A stretch of 58,071 nucleotides of DNA, filler included, from Sphacelaria rigidula (lineage: Eukaryota): assembly GCA_964200075.2 (NCBI GenBank). It is 9 parts of 9 records of this genome, joined end to end, with 100 filler letters (N's around TTAATTAATTAA, not from the genome) between each part and the next. Parts side by side here need not be neighbours in the genome. Positions count along the whole stretch, not along the records: positions 1 to 6,364 come from CAXNAA020020514.1; positions 6,465 to 12,828 come from CAXNAA020020515.1; 7 more parts are not named here. One strand, 5' to 3'. Position numbers and translations under genes: made by a program. The notes under the pieces were generated by a model. The model did no database searches. It was not told the DNA's origin and saw only the letters and a list, made by a program, of their open reading frames with translations. Shown in pieces: positions 1 through 12,195 of the stretch. Each line of letters opens with the position of its first letter. Positions within the stretch are counted from its first letter, which is position 1.

Positions 1-296
1 CAAGGAACATGCGACTGGTGACGTGCAAGAAACCGCTACTACGGTTATGAAACGCCCCATGCATGACGTAGCGAGCACCGTCGGAGCACTGTATTTCAAG
101 GCCATGTCTGTCCGTGGCAGCAACCGGAGAGAGAGAGAGAGCTCTGTGTTCTATGGGACCACTGCTTCGCAAGGAACATGCGACTGGTGACGTGCAAGAA
201 ACCGCTACTACGGTTATGAAACGCCCCATGCATGACGTAGCGAGCACCGTCGGAGCACTGTATTTCAAGGCCATGTCTGTCCGTGGCAGCAACCGG
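1..296 (+). repeat. Exact 127-bp direct duplication (1-127 = 170-296) separated by a (GA)n tract and a short unique segment
   Basis: Identical sequence CAAGGAACATGCG...GCAACCGG twice at the contig start. Confidence 0.9.
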
Positions 297-1190
297 CAGG
301 CGATTTTCCCCGCACGTACGGCACACGAGGCACAACCGGTACCATGGTCCATCGTCAACTATTCTTACTTACTCACTGGTGATGAATCTTGCCGCATATG
401 TCGCCGTGATTGGGGTCTCGAGCGAACACTACCAAGTCTGGGTACACCAAGAAGCCCGATCTGTCCAGATCTGCGCGAGGATCAGAGAGGGGTGATGTCG
501 CCACCATCAACAGCGAATAGCGAGGATCAAGCAGCAACCTCGGTAGCTACAACCGTGCAGATTCTACCAAAGGTTGTCTGTGTGACGGGAACGTTTATTT
601 CTCGGTTCTTCAGCGCGACAATCAGATGAAGCTAAAACCGTATAGGCATGTAGGTGTCAATTCTGATTTTACCTAACGTTTTCTGCTTGACGCGAGCGCT
701 CATCTCATGGTTCTCAAGCACGACGTTGGATGGGCTGGCTGTACAGTACATCTCAGACACTTCGAGGTCGTATCCGCTCGAGAGAACCTATTACTCGCTG
801 AGGGTGGCCTTTGACCACCGCGCGTACGCGCGGTTATTCATCACGATGGTGGCAAATATCTGGGAGTTCGGAAGTAAAAGCAACCGCATGTTCTCTAGGG
901 CAGTTGAGGAAGGGATGGCTATTTTCAGGGGGCTGCATAATCTGTGTCTGAAATTACAATAGCTCGCCTTCGTCGGGGTTGCCGGTTTCCCCCTATGTAC
1001 CGTTGTTGGTATCTTTGTCATAATTTACATTTGAGGAAAAATGCAAAATTCACCGCAAAGCTACGTGAAACAACGTCTTGAAATAAATAAATAAATCCCA
1101 GTTTTAGCCTGCAGATAGTACCCACCATCTCTGTACTGTAAATGAGCTTCCAGGCCTTGTTGTACCGGCATAATGTAGGACACTCCTTAC

Positions 1191-1314
1191 CCATGGCCGA
1201 GAAGAGAGACCTCTCCTGACTAGTCGGGAGTTCCAAGCCTAAGCGTCGGAGTCCGTCAGACAAATCTGCCTCGGATACTTTTCCCTTGCGACGAGCGTCG
1301 AAGTGCCGGAACGC
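1191..1314 (-). CDS. Internal exon with an EF-hand (AFRHFDARRKGKVSEADLSDGLRRLGLELPTSQERSLFSAM)
   Basis: CAG acceptor and GTAAG donor. AFxxFD-x4-G-x-V-S-xx-D/E-L helix-loop-helix typical of calmodulin-like EF-hands, with a degenerate loop. Confidence 0.85.
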
Positions 1315-2022
1315 CTGACACACGAATGTAGGTTTGAGAAGAAAAACAAAATGAACACCATTCACGGTTTAAGGATGATAAAATCACATTTGATCCCACG
1401 AACACAGGCAATGATAGCAGAAATATGGGGCGATGAGTGCCCGAGTGGGCGTGTCATGGATGGAAACAAGGAACTCAATCGCAGGTAGAGCAGATCAGCG
1501 ATGGGGACAGAGCTTCTACCACGACAGCCCCTCTGTAAAAGTAACTTGTGAGAAAACGTTCGGTTTGATGTCAGAAACCAGAGATATGCAAGAGGTACTT
1601 TTTGATTGATTGTGTACGGAGAGCAGACTGACGGTTGATTCAAGGAATATTTCGCTATGCTGTTGCGTGGTACCCTGGTGGAAGTCGTTGCTGGGAACTC
1701 CACGACTTGAGATTCATTCGTTTTGATAACAACGAATATCGTCTGCCTCGTCCTTCAACACATGTCTCCATGCTGCACAACGAGTAAGATGAACAACTCT
1801 AGTGTGTGAGCTCGCTGCGCTATACTCCAGAAGGTAAACATCGACGTTTCCCGCCCATAGTTACATATATATATATATATATTCTACGCTGGGCATCCTC
1901 CAATCCCCAGGACGACGACGAGCGGACAAGTATCTACACAAATTCGATATAATTACTGTAGCAAACTTCATCGATTCTCCAGTATTTTCTCACCAATAGA
2001 AGTTAGGCTGGCCTCATCTCAC

Positions 2023-2100
2023 CTTCCGGAGAGCTCCCGGTATCCACACGTCGAACCGCCGTCTGATCATCTGTCTCAATCTCTCCCCGGCCTCCCAAGC
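2023..2100 (-). CDS. Internal exon of the same EF-hand protein (AWEAGERLRQMIRRRFDVWIPGALRK)
   Basis: CAG acceptor, GTGAG donor, 78 bp, phase 0/0. Joins in frame to both neighbouring exons. This frame is not in the ORF track. Confidence 0.75.
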
Positions 2101-2676
2101 CTGCTGTGTGTTGATGAGTTGCAAATGCCGTGTGTCTCACGTCGATCAGTGGGGTTCGGTGTGGTGTGGATGGCTCGACATTGATCAGTGAAATAGGCTG
2201 TCTTTTTCGTTTTCCGAGTGAGAGCGATCTGCGGCTAAGAAAAATCTGCTGGAAGCGCCCGCTACAAAACGTGCGCGCGTTACAGAGAGAGAGAGAGCAT
2301 GCGCCCGCGTCCACGTTCAAAGAATAGCACACGGGCATTTTTTCTGCAACGACTTGCATGGTAGACACACACACACACACAGGCACGTACATAGACAGTG
2401 ACAACACGGCGGCATGCTGCCGTATGACTTGCTTGTAATGCACCAAAGGTTTAGGCGAAAAACAGCACCAGGGGTCCAGTAACTTGTCTCCACTCAAGCT
2501 GCCTCATTGCGCCAACACACGAGACAGCTCCACACGAAATTCGGACAAAGACGAAAATATTTGGAGTACGGTGCTCGCATGCCATCGAACGAGCTCAGAA
2601 GATAGTGTGCCTGAAAACGAGCTGTCTACCGGTCACAATAGCTATACCGGGGCGTGAAATCACTGGTCCCCCCCCC

Positions 2677-5600
2677 GGTAATGCTGGTGACAGATTTTAA
2701 AGCAAGGATTGAAAAAAGCAAGCCAACCGAATGATTGCATCGGGCAACACGGAGAAACAAAGAAGATTGACACGAATGGGCTAGAGGTTTTGGAGTTCCT
2801 CGAGAACAACGAGATGAAGACGATGAAAAATGGAGAAAAAAAGACGACCTCCACCATTTGCTACACAATGCATACATAACGGAGATAATTCCACTCTTGA
2901 CCATACTTCGAAGTATATTGGTAAAATATGGAAATCAGTAATAAGGAAGCGGAAAGTCCATGTATGCGCGGCAGACGTAAAAACGACGAACCGTTGCTAG
3001 TATGTTTGCCTAACATGGACAGACAGCCAACAGACGGGAGTTACATAAAAGAAAAACAGGAGAGGGTGGGACGCTGTACAGGTGCAGAATAGGTGAACTA
3101 GAAATAAAAAGAAACACAGCAAGAGCTCCGAGGTAAGGAACAGTGTAGTGAAATTTTCTGAGCTGTTGGAAAGCTCAGGTACAGTTGCTACCGAGATAGA
3201 GATAGGGCAGGAGCGATAATTATAGAAGGATGAGAGCAATTGGTTAAGCCCACAGCAAGTAAATTGCTCCGGAAGAAACTGATCGTATGCAAGGGAGCAG
3301 TAAATTGGTGGGATGAGAAAAGTCAAAGAGGTTATAAAGGGTAAGGTGAGAGGCCCACGCAAGATGCATATCGAGTAGAACTACGGTAGAGTAGGAGGCG
3401 TACGGCAAAGCTGAAAACGAGGTAAAAAAAATAGAGAATAAGGAAAGGGGAATATGGAAAGGCGTAGTTGATAAAACAAATATAAGTTTTGATGACGAGA
3501 GGGACCAATCGTTGGTTGGGATAAGAAGAATACTGTTCTGAGAAAGCAGGCAGGAGAAGCGGAACAGCAAAACTAAGAGCATAGAAGTATAACGGTAAGA
3601 CGGTTGGAAGTTCGAAGAAGAACAGCGAAACATTTGTAGAGCACTCCCGAAAACTAGGAATACCAGCAACTGACAACAGATTCGACGCGGAATTCGATTA
3701 AAAACCAAGGCGTGGGCAAAGGAAGACGTAAAGGCGTTCACAAGAGAGGAAGTAAAGGAGTGTGTAGATCAGCTCAAGAAGAGAAAGCTACGGGGGCAAA
3801 AACTACACAGTGACTGACTTCACGAAGTACGGGGGAGAGGGAATGATCACCGCGATGGCTGTGTTGTAAAATTTGATCTGGGAAAACAAGTACACACCCG
3901 AGAGATGGAGAGAAGGATTGGAAGTAAAAATTTCCGACTAACGAGACACGGCTGACCCTGGGAATTGTAGAGGGATAACGCTACTTAGCGCCATGGGGAA
4001 AATATTCCGTAAGATTTTGAACGATAGAGTGGGAAAGATGCCAGAGAAGAAAGAAAAAATCAGCGAGGGGAAGGCAGGGTTTAGGCCAAACCGTAGCTGC
4101 GTAGACTATGTGTACACATCACGTAAGATAATTTAAGGTAGCAGAGGCGCGGGGCTAACAACGTACCGTTTCTTTCTAGGCGTACAAAAGGCATACGACA
4201 CGGTATGAAAACATGGACCGTGGAAAAAGTTGTGCGATACCCGGATCAGAGGAAAGATGCGGAGAATGGTGAATAATATGGCAGAATGTGCGAGAAGTGC
4301 TATGATGCTCGACAGAAGGAATGTCGAAACATGTTGATATGCTAAGAGAAGTTGCACAAGGATGTACCTTATCACCCCACCTTATTCAAGGTATTTATTC
4401 ATGAAATGATAGCAGGAATAGAAGCAGCAAAGCAAGGAATCAGAGCGAGGGGAGATACGGTATCGGGATTGATGTTCAAGGTTGATATTCGAGGATGATT
4501 TTGTGAGAATTTTCAGAACACCAGAAGGACTGCAGGAACAGAGAGAGAAGGCGCTAGAATACACTAGAGAATGACGAGTGACAGCGAACGTAAACAAATG
4601 CGCGGTGCTTGTATGTAGCGAAGGTGAGGAGAACCCGGTAGAGTTCAAATGGAAGTGGGGAGAAACGTCGGTACCGATCGTAGACCAGTATACATACCTT
4701 GGCGTAAATATATGTATATATATATAGAAGTTCTTGGAATGCACGCATAAATAAAGTAATTGAATAAGGTGAGGCATAGATAAGATGGACGCGATCCTAA
4801 CAGACTCAAACCTCAACAAATAGCGTGAGGCATAGATCAGATGGACGCAATCTTAACAGACCCGCACCTAGACACTAGGATAAAGATATGTATCCTGATG
4901 AAGGTGATTGCACCGAAGCTGGTATATGCAGAAGAAGTATGGGAAGGGAACACGAAGTTGGAGAAGCAGCTGGAAAAAGTACGGATGGCAGCAGCTGGGA
5001 AAATACTTGGATGTGCCAAAATGATGAGTAATACAGTAGTAATACAGAACTGGTAATGTACCCACTTAACACAAATAGACATGAGAATTGAAAGGGCAGT
5101 GCAGTAGACATGGTAATTGGTGTGGCAATGCACTTTGAGGAGCATGCCAAGAAATAGAATACCGGCGATAGTTGATAGGGCTGTATGGGAGAACGTAACG
5201 AAATGGCAGGCTGGGATAAGGTGGGATAACGTAGTCGAGAAGTGTGGAAGGATATAGGAGGAAACCGAGAGGAGATAATGCTGTCTAGGTGAATATGGGG
5301 AGTACAAGACAAGGGCAAGAGATATGGTAGAAATAAGGAGAATAGAAGCGCCAAGACGGAAAGTGGACGAGGAAGAACACCTGGAGATATACGAGGGGGT
5401 CCAGAGAAGAGATAGGGATGACACGTATCTGCACGGGCCATTGGGCTACGCAAAAAAGTTCAAAACTGTGATTTCGGGTGGGGAGCCTTGACCTACTAGA
5501 AGGAGGGAAAGAGGTATACCAGTAGCCGCTGTGGTAAAGCAACAGACAGGAGAACTCATGTAGTGGCAGAATGCGAATTGCACAAGGAGGAACGGAACGT

Positions 5601-5885
5601 GTCAGAGAGGGAGATGTTGGAAGGTGAACGAATGTGACATGGAATCGTTTGGTACATCAGATAGTACCGAAGAAAAGATCGCTACACCAGGAGATAGATG
5701 GTGGCCACAGACGGCGAAACCAGGAGGGGGATGGCATATGTAAAAGGTTTTTGTGCAATGTATGGAGGAAACGTCATGAGCACCCAAATCTTGGAAGCGT
5801 CTCTAATAGGGGTAGGAACGGTGCTCCGTGTCGCAGGGGATACGTGGTCAATGGCCAGATGACTAAGGCGAGCAACAAATGAGCA
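2677..5885 (+). mobile_element. Degenerate 5'-truncated LINE (APE endonuclease remnant + reverse transcriptase) in an intron of the EF-hand gene, antisense to it
   Basis: Broken frames give VTDFKARI (cf. GDFNAR, ~2686), DPGNCRGITLLSAMGKIFRK (~3954), AGFRPNRSCVD (~4074), FFLGVQKAYDTV (~4170), VAQGCTLSP (~4351), FEDDF (cf. FADD, ~4488) and YTYLGV (~4689). Many stops and frameshifts. Confidence 0.92.
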
Positions 5886-6005
5886 CTCCACCTCCCCGCC
5901 CATAGCCTCTACCAACAACAAAAACGAAAGCTGAGTCAAAACGTTCGAGAAAAATCAGCTCCAGGGAGCGTACATGGCACTCACCACGCGGACACACAGA
6001 CGTAC

Positions 6006-6255
6006 CTCATCACTGTCGCCACCGCGTCGTGTTCCCTCTCCGTCTCCACCCTCAGGCGCACCCCACCTCAGTAGCTCGACATATCGCACTCCAGCGTTGC
6101 TTTCTCCCCTCCCGTCACGATGTGGCTTGCTCGACGCCATTGTCGACCCCGCCTTGGAGATGGAGGCAGGGGGAGGCGCGGCAAATCGCCTTTCGAGGTC
6201 TCGAATCTCTGATTCGGATAGATCGGCGCACAGGGTTCTCATCGCCGATCGGAAG
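6006..6255 (-). CDS. Internal exon of an EF-hand-type calcium-binding protein (first of three visible exons)
   Basis: Pyrimidine-rich tract plus AAG acceptor. Reads FRSAMRTLCADLSESEIRDLERRF...GVRYVELLRW...GGDSDE and ends at a GTACG donor in phase 0, matching the exon at 2023-2100. Confidence 0.7.
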
Positions 6256-6364
6256 CTTTATACATGCGGAAGAGCGAAGAGGGGGGGGGGGGGGGGGGAG
6301 GAAACGAAAAAAACACGGGCATTGTAACTTAGTTTAAGGGGAGCGAGACGGACAGCCTTGTACC

Positions 6365-6464
6365 NNNNNNNNNNNNNNNNNNNNNNNNNNNNNNNNNNNN
6401 NNNNNNNNTTAATTAATTAANNNNNNNNNNNNNNNNNNNNNNNNNNNNNNNNNNNNNNNNNNNN
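6365..6464. other. Artificial contig spacer (N44-TTAATTAATTAA-N44); identical spacers at 12829-12928, 19293-19392, 25757-25856, 32220-32319, 38683-38782, 45146-45245, 51609-51708
   Basis: Exactly 100 bp each, with a six-frame stop linker. The intervening contigs measure 6364 bp (x4) then 6363 bp (x5). Confidence 0.98.
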
Positions 6465-6982
6465 GGCATATCGCCGATATTCATCGAAATCATATCGATT
6501 ATCGATATTCGATGTGCAACACTGATTTTGAGGCATTGAAGATTTTTTGCCATGTCAAGATTCTCGTTGTGAGTTTCCGTCGGTGGGTCTATCCAGAAAG
6601 CTCTGAGTCTGTTTTTCTCGCGCGGGGGTCATAGTCACAGATGTTGCAGTTTTGTCGCTGCACTGCGTAAGAAGGTGTTTGGTTTTGTGCTGTACGGGGT
6701 GAGCTTTTCCAAGGCAGCCAACGGTGTACACCGGAGTACAGTACAACAAACAGTCTGTACCGGTACAGACTGGTTGTACTAATGATATAGAATTGGAAGC
6801 CCTTCATGTTTTGAGGAACAACGAACGACCGATACAGCACATGTCGGCCACGTGCGTATTCTCCACTACATTACGCTCCAGATCTACAGGCTACCTGCAA
6901 GTTTGGCCCGTTTTAAGTCACTTGTCCCTTAAAAAGAGGTAATTTCCCTTTCAAGGCACACGCCCGTTTCGAGGCACACTTT

Positions 6983-7322
6983 GTGTGTGTTGTCCCATTT
7001 ATCGTGAACGCCGGGCTACACCTTTCGGTATATGTGGGCGCACCAGCCGCGGTCATACAGGAGGAAGGCCAACATAGGAGTGTTTTCTTGTTTGTTAGAG
7101 TACTCCACCTGCCCTCTGCGGTGCTTGCGTTTGTTTTTATCGCGAGAGTGGTTCAGCAGTCCCTTTCCCTCGTCGACCATCAAGTCGCATTTTGTGTACC
7201 CACGACATCATCGCCCTCCACTGTTGGGCACTGCGTGCGAAAAAAATCACACCGCTCCGTGATTTGGACCCACGACCCAACTGTCAAAAGGTTTCGAGGT
7301 TATCCACTGAGCCACCGGGGCA
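6983..7322 (-). mobile_element. tRNA-derived SINE, family A; other copies at ~15218-15497 (-) and a 3' fragment at ~18240-18316 (+)
   Basis: Minus-strand head GCCCCGGTGGCTCAGTGG (A box)...GTGGGTCCAAATC (degenerate B box). Body and ACAACACACAC tail are shared by three copies. Confidence 0.75.
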
Positions 7323-7708
7323 GCCGGATGTATGCCTGCCTCAAGGGGAGCCATCGTCTCCAGACAGTAGATTCAATACTGCACACAGTACTTTTTTGAC
7401 AATGTAATCATTTGTCCAGGGTATGATAAAAAGTATACCTTATAAACAGCCCACGTACAAAATGATTCAAGACACGCTACTGTCGTTCAGTCTGTGCTCT
7501 TAGTCTGATAACACCTGACATGCAATTGTACTCCTCATCCCTTTCACTGCGAGCTGGCGTCGTGTGTTCACGATGAAACGCAAGCAAAGTCGAAACCTGC
7601 CACGCCGTCCATGCAGACCATGTCATGCGCAGCGGGAGCAGCATGCAAATGCATGCATACCGTTAGCACCTCTGCAGAGGGGTTATGCACTGCCCTCATG
7701 TCTCTCAC

Positions 7709-7860
7709 CGAAGCGCACGTCCAACTCGCATTCGAGCAGACCGATTTGAGTTGGTCGACACGTAGCTTGTCTGCAGGAGGCTTCGAGAGGGATGGCTGCC
7801 CTTAGCAGCTCGGGACACTCGAGGACCGTCCTTGGACTTGAGATTCTCTTGCGCCGGCAT
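7709..7860 (-). CDS. Candidate first coding exon of an unknown protein (MPAQENLKSKDGPRVSRAAKGSHPSRSLLQTSYVSTNSNRSARMRVGRAL...)
   Basis: ATG at 7860 and an open frame to a GTGAG donor at 7708. No family recognised. Confidence 0.3.
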
Positions 7861-9499
7861 TACAAGACAAAACCGTTTGCGTGGTTGCGGAGATGGGGGG
7901 CAAAAAGAGAGGCAAAAGTACGAATTTCGGTCGTGTCGAATCCACTGAAAATTATCTCACCCCGCTCGCCGCATCCGTTATCTCCACCCTCTGCCTCCTA
8001 CGATATTGTGTATCGTCCGGTTCTGTCGCGGTGCACGGATACTGTGACCCAAACCGGCTACGAGGAAGTAGATCACTCGAAAGTGGAATCCAACGGAGGA
8101 AACAAATGAACTCGACTGAAAAAAATTGAGTAAGTAGACTGTGGGCGATCATTTTTCACGTCTTTTATCTCGACTCTGAGATAATACGTACGATGGACGG
8201 GGGCTGCGTAGTTCTCGAGAGCGGGAACGGCCATCCATGTACGGATTAGTCATTCCAGAGGGCAGTACGCGGGCGAGATATGTGAGGTTGATGTTGCGCA
8301 CGTACCCCCTTCACAACCTTCCTCCCTGGCCGTCTCCGTCGCATTTCAAACCATCGCTCATAGTTCAGTCATCGGTTACACTACGAGCTGGTCCAGCTGG
8401 TGGTGTTTTTTTGTCGGTAATCGGGTGACGCGGTGCTGAGTTGAGGAGTTATGCGCGGACATTTTGACATGACATTTTGACGATCAATACGCGCAACATC
8501 TCCGAGGGTGCCAAGAAAAAAGACCAGAAAGTTCAGACGATTTGAATTTTCAGCAACGGCTGGAAAATGTCATAATTCGGTGAAAAGAAGGTGATATCCC
8601 CAGTCACAAATTTCGTAGTTGCGCACAGAACATCGTGGTGAAATTTCGACTTTAAAGCATCAAAATTGATCCCAGCGTGAAACTTTTTGTTGAACACCAC
8701 TGCGCCCCTGTAATCAAAGCCATACAGGATACTCCAGTTATGGAGGTTACGAGTTCGAATCCCGACATACCCTCTTTTTTTCCCGTTCCGTCGTTACGGC
8801 TATATATTATGCAGTACATTTTTTTTTTCACCTGTTTTAGCGGCAGAGCGTGTGTGGCCAGGCTGGTTTTCAGTTTACAGCAGATATGTTTCAATTGGGC
8901 TGTTTTGGAAAGCTGGAAAAGTTTTGTGCTGAGGGGTTCTACGTTTCACGACTCGCCCCGCTCGTACTGTTTTCATCGATCCTGGAGGCGGTGCTCGAGA
9001 AGAAGACCCGAAAAAGCTCGAGGCTGTTCAACAACCCTGTTGATCGCTTCCTGTGCACGCCCTCCCCCCCCCCCCCCCCCCCCCTCCTTTCCCTTACTTC
9101 TATACACCTGCCTTTCCCCTCACTGCNNNNNNNNNNGGGGGGGGGGGCGAGAAAAAAACCCCAAAAAGCTCGAGGCTGTTCAAAAACCCCTTTGTTCGCT
9201 TCCTGTGCCCCCCCCCCCCCCCCCCCCCATTTTTTTGCCATGTGCTGAACACTTATTCCAGTACGAAATGTTTTACTTCACTTGAGCATCTGCGTCTTTT
9301 TCTCGTGCCTTGTGTCTTGTGTTTGTTTTCGACACAACATGTGTTTGGTTTTTGACATTTTTCTTGACGGACGCAAACAGCAATCCACGTACACTCCCTG
9401 TGTTTTCTCGACATGACTGCTTTGCTTTCCGACACATCCCACGGAAACAGTCAAGGAACGAAACAAACGACCCACGCACGCACGCACGCACGCATACAG

Positions 9500-9676
9500 A
9501 TGCTTAGTGTGGGGAACGCGGTGGCGGCGGGTATGATGCTGAGCGCCAGCTACAGCCTGGTGACTGAGGGAATCGCGGTGGAGGAGGAGTTCGATGTGGA
9601 GGGATGGTTGTCCGCTGGCATGAGGGTAGCAGCGGGCGTTTTGGCGGGGCTGATGTTTATCTTGTCCACCAAGAAA
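9500..9676 (+). CDS. Internal exon of a ZIP family (ZupT/GufA-like) divalent metal transporter
   Basis: CAG acceptor, GTGCGT donor, 59 codons. MLSVGNAVAAGMMLSASYSLVTEG matches the ZupT/GufA AAGxMLxASxxL motif and is followed by another TM helix (VAAGVLAGLMFIL). Confidence 0.85.
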
Positions 9677-11115
9677 GTGCGTGTGCATCAATGTGGCGGT
9701 TTTCAATGGTTGACTTTCGATGTTACATGGCTCGATTACGTGCGCGTGAGGATGATGTTGCATATTTTGTGCGTGTGTGCGCGGGTGACGTGATATGATT
9801 TTAGGCGCTGGTACGAATGTGTTGGAGAACTGAAGTTTCGGGGATGATGTTGCTGTTGCACGAGTGGAAACAGTCCAAACATGACTTTTGATCGCTCCGT
9901 GGTGCTCTTGGCCGTGCGTTCGAGATGTTGACTTGTGTGTTGTCTGTCTCTGATGCACTTGACTGTTAACTGTGTTGTGCTGCACGGTAAGGCAAGGAAT
10001 GGCTCCGTATGGCACTGCGCTGGAATGCACTCTTGCACAATGACCTCCGTATCTGCTTGCACCTTGCCGTACAGTTGGATGATGCGCAGCATTGTCCTGT
10101 ACCAGGTACTGCACTGCGCCGCACGCCGCTGTGTTGTGCTGTAGTGAACGGGAATGTAACGCACTGTCCGCATATGTGCTACACTGTGAAGTACGATTTC
10201 GCCTGCACACGCACAGCCTGACCGTACCATGACATCACACCATTCACGTACCTGCCGTCCTCAGTGATAGTGGTAGACTTCGATCGATTACACTTTTTTC
10301 GCGACGCCGATATTAGAATGACCCCCATTGGCTTGAAACCTGCAACGCACAAAACCCCTTGCCTCAGGCCGCTGGCAGGGGAGACTGCGCAGTGACCGAC
10401 AGATGAACTGATGCTGGAGGTGTTCATGCAACCTGCAGTAGTGCACGAGCTAGGCGCCAACGTCCTGTGGCATTTTTTTCTTTGATCTTGATGTATATAT
10501 GATGACCCAATGATTTGCGTAGCGCGGCAAGTGCGTGTCAACAAGCCCCTGCATTTTGCCTTGCTTTACTTCGCTTGTCATGTCTCACCGGATCATGTCG
10601 TCGTATCCGTGCTTTTCCCCGCGACGGCATTCCCCCCCACTGGCAATACAGGCGTCCCGACACCTCGTCATGCCGTGGATGGTCTGCCACGAAACCTTTC
10701 AGTATGATACATCAAAATCTGTGTGACGGTAGGGCGCCAAAAGTTGTGTCGCGGCTCTCTCCCTTCATCCTCCCCCATCAGATCGCGGTTCTCACTTGAA
10801 TATGTGTCCCGGTACAACTGAGGACCATTCCTCAGCGGAATCGGCCACAGTGTACATGCACCCACAAGGTGATCTCGCCGAGTCGCGGGTGTACTGCAGC
10901 TGCTCTAGCGATCGAAGAATCAGTCAGATAAGGAATCTCTTACGCGTACCGCTCATCCAATCGGTGCAGAAATAAATCGAACACGAAATCGGGGGCTTGA
11001 ACCCGCCGTGCAATTTTGTTCAAAACGATGTGCAGGTGGTATCTGAAGTGTTGACATGATTTGATTTTGATAGTTGTACATTCACTGATCCCCTCGAGGG
11101 ATGTATGTCGCCGTG

Positions 11116-11182
11116 GTCACTATCCACACCGTACTCATTATCCGTACGGTAGTCATTGTCCACACCGTACTCATTATCCACA
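11116..11182 (+). repeat. Short minisatellite with an 18-bp unit (CACACCGTACTCATTATC-like)
   Basis: CACACCGTACTCATTATCC recurs at 36-bp spacing with a variant unit between. Confidence 0.65.
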
Positions 11183-11733
11183 AGATAGACGTACCCAAGG
11201 CGAACAAAACGGAAACATGGAAACCGTCGAATTGAGGATGGGCACAGTTTCTACAACATGTTGGTATGTTTGATGCGCACGCAGGAGACCAGATTGGTGT
11301 GAAAAACTTCTCGCACGAGTTGGTGTACAATTGATACTGGGAGAACTCATGGACTGGTGGACCAGATGTTCATTCGTCCTAATTATCGAGTCATACGGCC
11401 CTACTCCGTATTGAGAACGCTTTTCCCCACATCGTCACACGTTGAACTCCTCGCCCCCTCCCTCCACTATCATTGGGATGAGTCCGTGGTCCCAAGGGAT
11501 CATGACCAAACAATCCGGCACCGCGTTTACTCTTGTCAAATAAACTCAAGCCGAACAAACTGTTTTTACTCATATCCTCACCCTTTCAACGCCAAAGTCT
11601 TGATGCTTTTGGAGGAAGAACCCAGAAGGTATCTGGCGGGAATTGAACGAGCGTTCTGCCGATCCTAGTCACGTCAATTGTACTGTACCGTCAGATCGTT
11701 GGGCCGCGACGGCTTTCGATGAGTGTAAAAAAC

Positions 11734-11940
11734 CAAGGTTATGTTGTGTACGGTATACGGGCTGAAATTCGGGTGTTCACAGAGGTATCAATAAAGCGTT
11801 TTTATCGGTAAATATCATTCAAGGCCATATCAGAGTTTCGGAACAGGGCTCGAGACCTGTTAGGTACACATTTTGGTATGGTTTTGTGAACCAACTAAAA
11901 CCCCCTCACTTCCGGGTATACCCTACAAAACATAACCTTG
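11734..11940. mobile_element. hAT-like MITE (207 bp)
   Basis: TIRs CAAGGTTATGTTGTGTACGGTATAC / GTATACCCTACAAAACATAACCTTG. Flanks TAAAAAAC and TAGAAAAC form an 8-bp TSD with one mismatch. Confidence 0.75.
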
Positions 11941-12059
11941 TAGAAAACCGCTCTTCGATTATTTCGCTCCCCCCCCCAATGGTATTGTGAGGCGAACCCT
12001 TTGCAAACAGGTACATTAACTATAGTTCATCTGTTTGCTTTCATCCTCTTCGCGAGGGG

Positions 12060-12195
12060 TGGCACATCTCTCAGTTACACAACCTTCCAGGGAGATGCAC
12101 AGAAGTGCCCCTCTGGCGAAGCAACAGAGAGTAGAACTCATGTAGTGGTAGAATGTAAACAATGCAAGGAGGAACGGGACGTGCTAGAGTGTGAT
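12060..12195 (+). mobile_element. Internal 3'-region fragment of the same LINE family as 2677-5885
   Basis: AGAACTCATGTAGTGG...GCAAGGAGGAACGGGACGTG aligns with ~5551-5602. Confidence 0.75.

Noticed and set aside
1..296. 127-bp direct repeat as an LTR pair
   Set aside because: Only 42 bp apart, at a contig edge beside a (GA)n tract, without TG..CA ends. A local duplication or assembly artefact is more likely.
2626..5939. Many Leu/Phe/Ser-rich minus-strand ORFs resembling membrane proteins
   Set aside because: Shadow frames of the purine-rich LINE on the plus strand.
9000..9230. Tandem duplication around a 10-N gap
   Set aside because: The second copy is an error-rich version next to poly(C/G) runs, most likely an unmerged read overlap.
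9278..10230. 310-aa and 164-aa minus-strand ORFs
   Set aside because: Antisense to the ZIP exon and to a low-complexity TG-rich intron, with no protein-like features.
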